The notes: generated by a model not told the origin, from the sequence alone. A stretch of 64,000 bases of DNA from Octopus sinensis (GCF_006345805.1 NC_042997.1:63302001-63366000); one strand, 5' to 3'; positions 26,921-41,460 are shown, counted from the stretch's first letter. A program made the numbers and translations.

Positions 26921-27297
26921 TAATATATATATGTGTATGTATATGTATATATATATGTGTATGTATGTGTATGTGTGTATGTGTAGGTATGTATAGGCAC
27001 ACATGTGTACGTATGTGTGTGTGTATGTATATGTGTTTATGTATGTATGTGCACACATTTTATTTTTTTTTTTTTTATTTTTCTATTTTTTATTTTTTAT
27101 TTTTTATTTTTGTTATTTTTTTATTTTTTTTTTTTATTTTTTTATTTATCTATTCTTTCATCTAACTTACCACTGACTCCTTGACCACTCCCCCAAGTAT
27201 GATATTTTGCGCTATGCCTACCCCCCAAAAAAGTCCCCCACCACCACTCCTTTAAACCTGCCTAAATGTATAAATGCTAATACAATTCTTGTTAAAT

Positions 27298-27348
27298 AGC
27301 TTCCTGAAGATTTCTCTTGAATGAAACAGTACTAGTCCTGTAGAAGCT
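27298..27348 (+). ncRNA. Type I hammerhead ribozyme, intact core (Penelope 3' end)
   Basis: AGCTTC CTGAAGA T TTC TCTT GAA T GAAA CAG TACTAGTC CTG TA GAAGCT: 6 bp stem I, 3 bp stem II closed by U.U, 4 bp stem III, GUA triplet with predicted cut between 27342 and 27343. Confidence 0.8.
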
Positions 27349-27431
27349 CCTTCTATATAATAAATTAATTTTACTCTGCTATGTATTGAGTACCTTACTT
27401 ACTGTGGTTAACCCCGGATCAACCCGGGACC

Positions 27432-27466
<35 letters not shown>

Positions 27467-27769
27467 ACAAATGCGACTATGCGCAATATAAAATCAAAAG
27501 GAAAATTTCCGTTGACACTAATTGTGATTGACAGTGCAGGGTAGCACCTACTTTACCTACAGTAATAAAAGTTGAAAAGTATTATGAAATTCAGCTATCT
27601 AAATTTTCCGATCCAAAATTTTAAATATATTTCCACGATTTTCCAAGCTGGTAAAGTCATCAAGTACTTTATATTAATGTTTATTAGCATGTTTATGTGT
27701 GTGCAGATTTATGCATATATGTATATATGTGTTCATGGGCGTGTGAAATTTAAATGTAAATGACTTGAG

Positions 27770-27878
27770 ACTTTTGATGACAGGTCTGCTCAAACTGGAT
27801 CAACGCTGTTGTAGATGTACAACATATCAACGCTGTAGATCAACGCTGGCCCCATTTGAGTAGACCTGTCATCAAAAG
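27770..27878. repeat. 109 bp MITE-like element with 25 bp terminal inverted repeats
   Basis: acttttgatgacaggtctgctcaaa ... tttgagtagacctgtcatcaaaagt (1 mismatch); spacer carries atcaacgctg three times. Confidence 0.65.
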
Positions 27879-30143
27879 TGTTTACCCTTTGACCAGACAT
27901 GTTTTCTTTGTTTTGTTTCTGTATATTTTGACTATTTCCAATGTGGTTTCTTCTTTCCAGATTTGGCTTCATTAAAATTTGTCTATTATTCGACGTAGAT
28001 CAAGCGGCTTTGTAGAATCTCTGTCGATTGTACGTTTCATGAAAAAATTACTTAAAATCTCAAATACTCCCCCTTCTTGAATGTTGAATAACTTCAGGGT
28101 TCTTCTACCTTACGTGTTCACTTCTTTTATTCTTTAACTAGTATCCATCGTTCTATATACACCTGTACAAACAGACACACACCCCAAACAGACACACACA
28201 CCCGCACACATACACACACACCTAGATATGTATGTATAAGTAAAAATATATGTCAGCGTGTGTGTAAAACAGGGTGAAAGCAGGTGTGTGTGCGTGTGTG
28301 CGTGTGTGTGTGTAGGCGTGTGTTTGTGTGTCTGTTTGTGTACGGCCGAGTATGCGAACAAAGAAAAACAAACGAAATATTTAGCGTATGTAGTATGAAT
28401 TTAATAACTCCACATTACTTTCATGATTGCAAACATATGCATATCATCAGCTGCTTCAGACTGTGAATCTAACAACTGATTATGCAGGTATGTTTAAGAA
28501 ATCCAAGGATATATAGCGGTCATCATTTAAGCGAAATCCAGACTGAAGAATTTAAAAGAAGGAAACTTTTAATCAGTGTTCAGTTTATCAAAAAACTTTC
28601 CATATAAATTGCGCATCTAGACGGTTGTACTGATTATGTTATTAAATGGAAATTTCCATCAGCCAAGCCGTTAGATTTGGTAATATTGTATGGTATTTAC
28701 GCAAATTCAGATGAGCTGTCTCGTGGAAAATTTCAGTTAATATTACATGGCTTTACATATTCTTTTTATTTGTGAGACTTAAGATGATTATGCGTTTGGA
28801 AATATCCTTGCTCCAGGTTTCATGTTGACAAAATGTTCTAGCGTTCTGTATGACCTGGTGTGTTACACAGATTATCATTGCACATGGGAGCCATAAAATC
28901 TTTACTACTGTTACTTACATCTGACTTTGCCTTCGCTAATACCTGCTTCAACTTCTTCTGGCTACCGTCTACTTTGAAAAAGTGTTTAAGAGGCAACGCT
29001 GTTTTAACAACGTTTAACATAGTTCGATGTTCGATTTATGTGATTCATTTGTCTTTAATATTTACCTCATCAACGATAATACAAATCTTCCTGGATAGAT
29101 ATTATGGGATTAGTTTGTATGTTGGTATTTCTGATTACTATTAAATCAAGAAGCAATCATTTTGTATTCTTCATTTACGTAGATTGTTCAGAAGGTCACT
29201 GAGCTCTTCCAAAGCATCATTAAATCGAGAATTCTTCTAAATCATTATTAAACAGAGAAGCAATTATATTGTTTTCCTAATAGATGTGCATTATTCAGAA
29301 GGGCACTTCTGAAGCATCGTCAAATTTGGTGCAAATTAGAGAATAATCATCAAGATAACTTTTCTACGCAGCTCCTACGTATGTTCTAAAGTCTGTGCAA
29401 TATATTTCCCCCTGACACAGTTTCAATCTCAAATATTCCATTATTGAATTTACATAAATTTAATGCTTGTAAAGTTCACCCTGCTTTAGTGAATCGGAAA
29501 GTATTTAAAAGTTGAAATAAAACTCTATCATTTCACTACAGCCGACACTCGGGTAGCACATTGGTTGCTTGTTAATGCCAGTACAATAACCTTTACGGAA
29601 GACGTTTCAATTTTGAATGTAAGCACTTATAATATTGTAAAATGTAAGATTGTAGAAGCACACACAGACATACACACAAATGAGAATACCGGACTGTTTT
29701 GCAATGTGATTAACTAATATGAATGCATATGTGTATGCGAGGTTGCCCGTACATTTGTATGTGTGTATGCGCGCGTGAGTGTATATACATATTTATATAC
29801 GTACATACATACATGCGTACATACATACATACATCCATCCATACATACATAGATACATACATACATCCATTCATACATACATAGATACATACATACATCC
29901 ATCCATCCATCCATCCATCCATCCATCCATCCATCCATCCATCCATCCATCCATACATACATACATACATACATACATACATACATAGTCCAAAAGTCAC
30001 ATACAAAATAATTAGTTCAATTCGGTCCGGGATTCTCAAAGATATGCTTCAATTTTTCGAAAATAAAAATAAAATAATAATGAATAAACACGTACTTGTA
30101 CATGATGAACGAAATTATTATTATTATTATTATTATTATTATC

Positions 30144-30200
<57 letters not shown>

Positions 30201-30399
30201 CCATGCAATACTAAATAAAAATGCCACCAGCTACCCCATCACGACTGGCAATATGATGTACATAAGTAGATACAGTCGTGTACATACTTTGAGTGGAAGT
30301 GGCTTCCTAGGCCATATGGCAAATAACCTGAATTTGATGTACAGCTGGAGAAATGCATATGTAAAATGTTGAATTTTGAATAAAGAAAACATGTGATCA

Positions 30400-31609
30400 A
30401 ATGTTATATTTAATTGAAATTTAATCATCAATGTACTTTCCTTGATTATCTATGACTTCCTTCTATCTATTTACAAGCTTTTTGATCCCATCAATATAAA
30501 ACTCATTTCAAAGAACTCTGAAATGTCAGTTTCGACTCCTCTTGGCTTGCGAAAGTTATGTCCCCCAAATGATTCTGTAAACTACAAAACAAATGGTAGT
30601 ATGAAGGAGCAAGATCGGGAGAATAAGGTGGATGAGGAATTTTTTCCCAACCAAGCTCTTCGATCTTTTGTGATGTGATCTTTGCAGTATGGGGTCGCGC
30701 ATTCCTGCTGAAACATCACTCCTTTTCGATTCACAAAAGCGGGTCTTTTTTTCTTCAAAGCTGGGTTCAAACGCTCTAATTGCTGACAGTAGACCTGAGC
30801 ATTGATTGTTGTATTAGGTGGTAACAATTCAAAGTGAATTATTCCTTTGCGATCCTACCAGATAGAGAGAAGAACCTTTTTTCCATGAAGTTCTCGGTTG
30901 TGGTTGAGCTTTTTCTTTTTTACCAAACCACTGTTTACAATGTTTAACATTTCGATAGAAGATTCGTTTTCCGTCACCAGTCACGAATCTATCCAAAAAG
31001 GGTGAATTGAGTTCGCAAGAATGGAGAGAACAGATGTCAACTCGGGATTTGTGGTCGCTTTCGGACTTTCATGAGGCACCCCTTTTTCAAATTTAGGAAC
31101 CTTTCCAAGTTGTTGAAGATGACGATGGACAGTTGTATGGTTTGAACTAAGCTTTATTACCAATTCTTCAACTGGTAATGCGGGATTTTCTTCAAGCTAT
31201 GCCTCAAGGAGCTTATCATCAAACTCTGGACGTCCTGTTCAATCTTCCTCTTCAAGGCTGAAATCTCCACTTCTGAATTTTGCAAACCATCTTCTGTAGG
31301 TTCTTTCATTCAAGCATTCGGCTGCAGAGTTTCCTTTTTTGTACTCATAAAGTATTATGTACCTCAAATGCGTTTTGGATACTTCCATGTTAGAAAGGGT
31401 TTTAATCAAAGGAATTTTGATTCTATTACTGTGTAAAATAATATTTAATTAGTTTAAATGTATACAAATGCATAAAAATAATATTTAATTAGTTTAAATG
31501 TATACCAATTAAAAAATATTTTTTATTCCATTAGACATTCTAAAATACTATTAAATTTCATTCAATTTTAAAAAAGTTAAAACGGACAGAACTTATGGGA
31601 TGACCTAAT
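30400..31609 (-). mobile_element. mariner (DD34D, SETMAR-transposase-like) remnant
   Basis: Minus ORFs read HTTVHRHLQQLGKVPK..KGVPHE and LPPNTTINAQVYCQQLERLNPALKKKRPAFVNRKGVMFQQ; terminal repeat-like tattaggtcatcccataagttctgtccg at 31582-31609. Confidence 0.85.
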
Positions 31610-32536
31610 ATAAAAGGTTTATCTAGCGAGGAGCTGATGCCGCAAAACGAACAAGCTTAGAATACAGATAAGACAATAGAAGTTCCACCTACAACACTTA
31701 AATTGGCTACAAATATTACTGCTAGGTGTTTGAAACTGATAGAATGGCTGCAGTTTTTTGGTAATGAACGTAACAGTGAACGTAAAATAAACGTTACAAG
31801 AAAAGTTTATAATAAACTCAGTTCCTGTACAAAGCTAACAAAGAGATGATGCGTCGTAAACAACTAATTTGCTGAAAAGAAATTCGTCACTCTGCGATGT
31901 TTCTGATAATGTGTCACCCAAGCTGATGTTCGTGATAATGAAGATCGTCGAAAATATTGCCCCTCATCCTCTTAGTAACGCACATTCCATCATCACTGTT
32001 ACACAGTAGTCAGCATCTAGTGTAGTGAGAAGTACTCTTACGACATTATGATTCTTTAGAATTCCCTAACGCATTTATTTTGAAATGTTTTTGCGTTTTT
32101 CTGTATCTGTATTATTCTGGTATTTGTTTAGAAATTGCTATTTTTATGTATAAAGGTGATCGTATTGCTTGTTTTCTATTCTTTTCTAGTCCTTTTTTTT
32201 ATTTCGAGAAAGTCTGTGAGAACGTAATCTCAATTAATAATCTGATAATCATTCGAAAAGTTAATTTCGAATTGCTAAATTTTACCTTGCGGCCATATTT
32301 TAGCGCTCTGATTACATCCATAAAGAGTGAAATTCCTGCATACACACACACATACGCACAGGTACACACACACACATGCACGCACACACACACACACGAG
32401 ATAGGTACATAGATAAGTATATGTAAGTATATATATATGTATGTTTATAGTTCTTATATAATTGATATCTTATAATCTCCTCGTCATGTCATACACAGAC
32501 ACCTGCTATTCATCAGATACAGGAGGTATACAAACA

Positions 32537-32585
<49 letters not shown>

Positions 32586-33160
32586 ACAAAATAATAAATA
32601 CAACATATGCATATAGACATACATATATGTACGTACATACATTTATATGTATATATGCATGCACATGCATATATGGGAACAGGACACCAAAAAAACCTCC
32701 GAACAAAATGAGAAACGAAAACATAAAAACAAAATCAAGGAAACGGACATTTTTTTAAACAACGAAAAAACAGAGAACAAGACATACAACACAAGGAACA
32801 TTCCCCTTCTTCAACCACCTCTGCTTCGTCTACTCCGTGTTTCGAAGGTAAAGGCGAGATGCGACTTCGTTGAAACAATCCTACCCGTAAAGCAAATTAA
32901 ATAAAATTTAAGATTGTTTGCGGAGGGGTAAAAGTGGTAACAAAAACAGGACAGTGAAAACAATACAAATAAAAACAATAAAAGACAGGACAAGGAGAAT
33001 AACAGTAACAAAAATATTAAGGGCTGTTAAGCCTGAACGAAGGAAAAATTATTTTGAACGCTTTGAGAAGGGCTTGAGAGGGACAGAGGAGGCTGTCTAC
33101 ACTTGTTGGAAGCAGTAGTCAGAAAGGCAGTGGCCCTCTGGTCACGTGTCATATATATAT

Positions 33161-33209
<49 letters not shown>

Positions 33210-33937
33210 ATATATATATATATATATATATAAGAATGCTTATATACATACACGTGTATGGATATAAATAATTTTAATATTTGGAAGCATGGATATGAGA
33301 GAAGGACAATGTAAATACATTACATTTATGACTTTGATGCAGAGTCAAATTGGGGACCTCTTTTGCTGTTCTACTTTATGTTAACTGCTTTCAGTTAATG
33401 GCGTGGAATATTCAGCAATTACAAATGTTCATAAAAATAATTTCTCTAAGTTTACATACACGAAAATACTTACATTTATACTTGAAGTGTGTCTTGATAA
33501 TAAAGCTTGAAACACTGGATGACATTGATCGTCAATGCAAAACCACGTAATTGAGACGTAGATACAAAATATAATAAAATTAGTGGGCAATTAACGATAC
33601 ACCATCTGCCGAGATCTGACTAAAGCCACCACAGTCGCAGACTATTTTAAAGAAAGTTACATAGACTTATTCCTGAAACTAACAGTGCAAAGTGGAAGCA
33701 CAACAGATATGAAAGAGAGGGTTCACCTGATCATTTTTTTAAAAGTACTACAAAGTATTAAAATAAAGGCACTTTGTGTTAGAAAAGTAGGCCTTCATAA
33801 TTTAGTTACAAACACACACACACACTCGCGCGCACATACACGTATATATTTGTATATTCGTGTGTCGAAATTTTACAATCCGTTACTGAGAGACCAATGT
33901 GACAAACCTGTGCATATATACATGAATTTCAGAATTG

Positions 33938-34216
<279 letters not shown>

Positions 34217-35200
34217 GCTAGCGAGCTAGCTATTTACATGTCCCTATATCTATAGCTTTACACACAGACTCAGACACACACGCACACACACATACACACA
34301 CACACACACTTATATGTCTGCATGTATGAGTGGGTGCGTGTGTTTGTTCGGGTGTAGGGATAAATTTTATTTATTTACTTGTTGATTTGCTCGTTGATAT
34401 TGCTAAATCTATAGGTGCACGTACTGGTGCTCGCGAACACTTATGTACGTGTATCTATGCACGCGCAGCATTTCTCTACTTTCAAGTGCTTGTTCATCCT
34501 CTTTTTGTTCGTGCATGTAAATGTATGTGTTCAAGTACGTGTGTGAGTGCCTCGCGTGCCTCTATTTGTGTGGGTACATGTGTGAATGTAATTTGAATAT
34601 CCAAATGAATATAAACATTTCAATAGAAAATATTAACGCTTACTTAGTTGATAACTCGTTGGAGCTAGACAGGAATACGAGTAGTAAAAGGATAACTGCA
34701 CTCTCATCATTGCAGATAGTATGAGAAGTAATAGTATAAAGACTATACACATACCACAGGTAATAACTATACGGGTATTTTGTTGGAAATTGTACCAGGT
34801 CAGATTCTGATTAGAACGTTAAATAAACATATTCAGCAACAATAATGAAAGCAATAATGAGTACAATTATTCACTGGTAGGGATGACTATACAAAAATAG
34901 GTGCATTACTGATATGAAAAGTGGAATGAACGATGATGAATGAGAGATTGAAACAAAGGTATAATCAAAAACATATATGCACAGAAAGTTAGGGCTAGAA
35001 ATACACGCATATACATACATACATATATATATATATATACATACATACATACATACATACATACATACATAATTACATACATACATACAGATTAGTATAA
35101 CAATACAAAACTTTTGAGTTTTATAAACGCAGTGACACTATAGTCTAAGTCTCTGAGTCAGTATTGTTGCTTTACCCATGTATACATATGTATATATATG

Positions 35201-35250
<50 letters not shown>

Positions 35251-35420
35251 GTGTGTGTGTGTGTGTGTTTGTGTGTATGTGTGTGTGTGTGTCTTTGTGT
35301 GTATGTGTGTGTGTGTGAGAGATATATGTATATATATGTATATCTACATAAATTTATGTGTGTAACGCAAGTATAGATTTCCTATAAGAAACTGCAGAAA
35401 TAGAATTCCAGAGAAAAGTA

Positions 35421-35456
<36 letters not shown>

Positions 35457-35731
35457 CATACATGCATATATACATATCCATATAAATGTGTAAATATATG
35501 TATATACATATACATACACATACACACACATATATATATATATATGTATATGCGCTAACACAAACACACACACTCACACATATCGAGAAAGGTACACACA
35601 TGTATATATGCGTGGATGTGTATAATCATAAAACCGTATATCTCTGTAGCCAAAGTTCTGTCTCTCACACTCTTCTCAATATATATATATATATATGAGA
35701 GTAAAGTGTACGTACGAGCTATATATATAAA

Positions 35732-35992
35732 ATACAAAATGGGACAAGAACGTAAGACATCCAGATGGACGATAGAAAGAAAACAAGGACGGGTCATTCG
35801 AAGCCCTCTATTCTCAGTCAAGCACCAGAATAATCAGCCGAAATTGCGAGGATAACGTGGTGCTTGACTGAGAATACAACGCTTCAAATGACCCGTCCTT
35901 GTTTTCTTTCCTTGTTGTCTCTGGATGTTTTGTTGTCACTTTTTGTATCACCGAGCTGTCCGGATGTTTTGCGTTCTTGTCCCATTTTGTAT
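35732..35992. repeat. Fold-back (head-to-head inverted repeat) inserted in (TA)n
   Basis: 35774-35827 pairs with 35858-35910 (gaaagaaaacaaggacgggtcattcgaagc..tattctcagtcaagcacca); outer atacaaaatgggacaagaacg pairs with cgttcttgtcccattttgtat. Confidence 0.85.
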
Positions 35993-36039
<47 letters not shown>

Positions 36040-36403
36040 GAAACATATAGAAATTGAGCAAGAGTGATGGGAAAAAGGTGGAAGGTGGGTAGGCAGAGGA
36101 GTAAGATGAAGATATATGGAAGCAAGAGTTAAAAACTTTGTGAAAGGGAGATGGATAGAAAAAATATAAACTAATCAGAGATGCTGAGATGAGAGTTACA
36201 AACAAATAGACTGGTTGACAGATTGATGAAAGCTATTTGCATGTACAATTATATACCATAATTTATTATCAACACACACACACATATATAGTTTGGTAAG
36301 TAGGTAGATAGGTAGATACGCGCATATATATATATGTATACGTATATGTATGGAAGTGTATGCAACTGTTTATCTTTCTATGTATCTCTATCTGCCTGTC
36401 TGC

Positions 36404-36488
<85 letters not shown>

Positions 36489-36882
36489 GATCTATCTGTC
36501 TGTTTGTCTGCCTGCCTGTCTGTCTGTCTATCTATCTATCTATCCCTCTGTCTGTCTGTCTGTCTTTCTGTCTGTCTATCTATCTATCTATCTATCTATC
36601 TCTATCTATCTATCTATCTGTCTGTCTATCTACATGTAATATATTTATATATATGAGTGCCTATACACACACGTTCACATATTGATAGTAGTAAATAGAT
36701 TGCTAGCTAAAAGTAGTTCCACAGCTAGCTAGTTAGGTAGCTAGATTGATACATTGATAAACAGATACACAGATATATAGAATAGACAAATAAATAGAGA
36801 GACAGTGTTAGATATAAACTGAAGAATATAGAGCTACAGAATCAGAGAATAAATTAGAAGGAAATGGAGGAAGAGAGAGCAG

Positions 36883-36928
<46 letters not shown>

Positions 36929-37086
36929 AAGAGAGAGAAAGAGAGAAAGCGTCATATAAAGGTAGGAATGAGTTGTGCAAATAAATCGATACTAGTGTTG
37001 AGAATTGCAGGGGAGTGTTCACATGAAAATAACGTAAAACCAGACTTTAAAAAATATATAACAAAAACTATATATATATACATACA

Positions 37087-37136
<50 letters not shown>

Positions 37137-39390
37137 CAGAATAAACGAAATTTTCCATTGACGTAGTAATGTGAAATAAGAAAAATAGGTCTAGCGATTC
37201 TTGCTGGTGAAGGAGGAGTTAGGGGCGGGTCATTGGTAGGAGGCGCAAAACTGGAGGTACAGTCCTTGCTATGCTCTGCATTAACTGGACATTGCATTCC
37301 ATATATGGACATAGTGTTTGCAGAACGTAAGAAGGCAGAATAAGGTTATCGAATGGTGAAGAGTGATGTTTAAGTCATCTTGTGACACATTGTGGATATA
37401 TGGATGTGTGTGACAGCTTACAGGTAAAAATGAGTTGTTGGAGTGTGTGCGTGTGTGTGTGTGTGGGGGGTATGAATGAAGTAGAAATGAATGAAAGAGG
37501 GAGAGTATGAAAGAATCTAGCGAGACTCTGAACGAATGAAAATATGAAGGAGTGACGACAGTCAATAGAATAGGAAGAAGATGCAGATTTGGAAATAAAG
37601 CTGTAGAGTTATAAAGTGTTAATGTTCGAAGAAATACAGGTATGAAAGAAACGAAGAAAAAATGCCAGACGGGTTGATTGAAGGAACAAAATTATTGAGG
37701 AAATATAAAGTGAATGAAAAGAAAAAAAAAGATGAAGAAATGAATAAATAAATAAAAAAGACCAAATATTGAAAAAAATGAGAAGGTGAAATAGCAACGC
37801 CATATAAATGTGGAAAAATTAAGGAATGAATAAATTTATAGGAATGAATGAATGCACGAACGATTAAGGAAGAGGAAACAATATAAGTATACAGAAATGA
37901 AAAAGAGGCAAGGGAGAGAGTAATTCGCTAAGGTATATAACTAATAGAAGATTATAGGTTTGAGGGAATAAATGGTACAGAAATGAAAAGATGGGAGACA
38001 ACGAATGTGTAAATGTTTGACGAAGTGAATAACTGAAGAAGAAACCAGGGTGATATAATACTGGCGGACAGAAATAAATCAAGTGAGAGAACAAAGGATT
38101 GTATCGTTCAAGTAAGAAATGTATAAATGTTTGAAAGAAAGAAAAAACACAAATGACACAGAGATTGAAGTTGCAGGTGAATTAAAAATCTGAAAGAGTT
38201 TGAAGGATTGAGATACAGGGAATTTGTGCGAAACTAAGTGTATTAACAAATGAAACATAAATATAATGTGCATGACGGCTAAGGATTAAAGGAGGATTAA
38301 ATGTGTAAAAGGTAAAAGGAAATATACACAATTAAATAGCAAGGAAAGTAGAATAAACGTATGAAAGTATAAAATGAACTAGGAGCGGTTAGAACGAGAG
38401 GAAACAGATTACAGAAATGATGGAAAACATATAATAAATATTTTGCTTGAGCAAATTATAAAACCGAAGAAAAAGTAAAAAAGAAATGCAAATGAAGATA
38501 AATGTAAATGAATGAAAATCGGTGTTAAGAAATAATATTCGAAAAGGAAGGAAAAAGTAATGAACGATATAGAAAGGATTTGGTAAAACAAAATCAAGTG
38601 AATTTTAAAAAATAGTAATGAATGAGGACGTGGTGGATGTAAAATAAGCAAAAAATGAAGTACCACGTCAGAGAAAGAAAAGAATGAAGTAATATGAATA
38701 AAGGCAGGATTGTATAAATTAGCAAATATCGAAGACAGAACGAAAGAATAGATATTGATTGAAGGAAGATGATAAAAAAATAACAAATAATAGGAATATA
38801 GTATCAATAAATGAAGTACACTGGAAAACAAAGAAGGTGAAATACAGTTCGATCTAAACGATAGTTAATGAAAGAACGAGTGCAAGAAGGGAAATCAATC
38901 TTATAGAGATGATTGAAGGTGAAATGAATATAAGAATTAAACAATTACAGAATATAAGAATGAAGAAAGAACAGAGAATAACTGAATCAATGAAGTTTGA
39001 GTAAAACAAAGAAGAGTGGATCAAGGGAAAATTGTTTTAAATACGTGTACATTTGGGTGTGTATGTGTATGTGAATATAAGTGTGTTTACATACATACAT
39101 ACATAAACACACACACACATATATATATATATATATCAGTTTGCATATATGTGTGAGAGTGTTACTGCGTAAGTATGTATGTATTGACCTTTGTACTTAT
39201 GAATTATTCCTACCTTTCAGGAGATACATTTATTTATTCAAATTGTATTGTTAATTGATATCAGGTATTCTTTCGAAAATAAGATAGATACGAACGTACA
39301 CACACGCACACATACTCATGCACAACACACACACACACACATATATATATACACACACGCGCGCACACACACGCGCGCACACACACACAC

Positions 39391-40001
39391 ACAACCTTTG
39401 AATCATTTCAAATGACCTGTAAAGAGGCATTTTCACTAAATTGCCTGAAAAACATTCTCGTTTTAGGTAATTCATATATTCTTTTATTCCTTTATTTGTT
39501 TCAGTAATTTGATGGCAGCTATGCTAGAGCACCGCCTTTAATCGAACAAATCGACCCCATCACTTATTCTTTATAAGCCTAGTACTTATTCTATCGGTAC
39601 CTTTTGATGAACCGCTATGATACAGGGACCAATACACAACTGAATCGGTTGTCAAGCGATGAAGGGGACACACATACATGCGCGCGCGCGCACACACACA
39701 CACACAACCTTGAATCATTTCAAATGACCTGTAAAGAGGCATTTTCACTAAATTGCCTGAAACACCTTCTCGTTTTAGGTAATTCATATATTCTTTTATT
39801 CCTTATTTGTTTCAGTAATTTGATGGCAGCTATGCTAGAGCACCGCCTTTAATCGAACAAATCGACCCCATCACTTATTCTTTATAAGCCTAGTACTTAT
39901 TCTATCGGTACCTTTTGATGAACCGCTATGATACAGGGACCAATACACAACTGAATCGGTTGTCAAGCGATGAAGGGGACACACATACATGCGCGCGCGC
40001 A

Positions 40002-40030
<29 letters not shown>
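39391..40030. repeat. Tandem duplication, period ~311-312 bp
   Basis: 39391-39705 is repeated at 39704-40030 with only short indel-type differences; includes a family Y SINE tail on the minus strand. Confidence 0.9.
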
Positions 40031-40040
<10 letters not shown>

Positions 40041-41059
40041 CGACGTGCTACTTTCACTTTCCGTCTACCAAATCCACTCACGAAGCTATAGTAGAAGACA
40101 CTTGCCCAAGGTGACAACACTTGCCTGAGGTGCAACACAGTGGGACTGAATCCGGAACCATGTGGATGGTAAGCAAACTATTTACCACACAGCCACCCTT
40201 GCGTATACAATATTATGATACGTTTAGAAACAATACCAACAAAAAATAACATGAGGATGTGTGTGACAGGATCAAAATAAGGTTATTAGATAGAATGAAT
40301 CAGTCATGAATCCACGGGTTTTTATATTTTCGATGATTTTACAATAGACCTCAGAAGCATAACTAGGTAGCAGATACAGCTGCTTAGGGTAGATACATCG
40401 CATTTAAAAACAGAAGTGTAGACCTTTGAATCTTAGCAAATGAGATTAAGAAAACACGAGGGACATGAAGAAATATATTGTAATCAGTTACCTGTTAGAA
40501 CAGCAAAAGGAAAACAACATTGGAGCCTTTTCTAGAAAAAAAAAAAATGAAAGAAAACGACTCAGTTGCAGAATGCATACGTACGATTCCATGAGTAAAA
40601 GGGAAATATGAGATTATGTTGTCTTACCGAGATCATTGAGCAAATGAAAGAGAGTGATGGTAAATTATTGAGTTTCAAACCCGAGATGCCATAACAAGAG
40701 TTGGAAGACGTTACTTACTAGACGCTGTGTGAGAGACAAAGTGATACAAAAAGAGAAGAATGAAACGAGAAGAAAGAAAGTATAAGTGAAGTAACTACAA
40801 TTTGAAAACTACTGCGACATTCAAAAAAGCATAGCTTTAGTTGTATTGCTGTCAAATGCTGAAGAAATTAAGAAAAAAACACAAGATTAAATATGATAGA
40901 CGAAACAAAGATTAGCATATCACTCAACAAGTGTAATCTAAGGATTTTTACGGTCTCCTCACACCTCAAGAACACTGATACAACAGAGAGATTAATAACT
41001 TTACGATACGTTTTAAGTCATCGTGCCACACCATACGTTCAGTATTTTTCCATTTTTAA

Positions 41060-41460
41060 GGTGGTGAGCTGGCAGAATCATTAGTAGGCTGGTCGAAATG
41101 CTTTGCGGTATTTCGTCTGCCGCTACGTTCTGAGTTCAAATTCCACTGAGGTTGACTTTGCCTTTCATCCTTTCGCGATCGATAAATTAAGTACCAGTTA
41201 AGCACTGGAGTCGATGTAATCCACTTAATCCGTTTGTCCGTCCTTGTTTGTTCTCTCTGTGTTTAACTTCTTGTGGGTACTAAAGAAACAGGTATTTCGT
41301 CTGTCTTTAAGTTCTGAGTTCAAATTCCGCCAAAGTCGACTTTGCCTTTCATCATTTCGGAATTGACAAATTAAGTACTAGTTGCGTATCGGGATTGATC
41401 TAATCAACTGGCCCCCTCCCCCAAATATTTAGGGCCTTGTGCCTAGAGTAGGAAAGAATA
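41060..41460 (+). mobile_element. Dimeric tRNA-derived SINE (family X)
   Basis: Head ggtggtgagctggcagaatc (A-box-like), B-box gagttcaaattcc, core, linker ending gtgggtactaaagaaac, then a second B-box/core with a different tail; same dimer inverted at 42606-43017. Confidence 0.8.

Larger units (their letters stand above)
22607..27435 (+). mobile_element. Penelope-like element, 5'-truncated, with a ~930 bp inverted copy of its 3' end at the 5' side
   Basis: 22607-~23540 is the reverse complement of ~26440-27364 (few substitutions, microsatellite length differences); GIY-YIG ORF at 23541-24101; hammerhead in each arm; (TA)n on both flanks. Confidence 0.85.

Noticed and set aside
27781-27850. 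CRISPR-like repeat-spacer pattern (ATCAACGCTG x3)
   Set aside because: Repeats are 10 bp with irregular short spacers inside a hairpin in eukaryotic DNA; no cas genes.
29080-29130. Minus-strand KICIIVDEVNIK, like the P-element/THAP transposase DE-x-x-IK motif
   Set aside because: Short isolated match surrounded by stops; neighbouring motifs not found.
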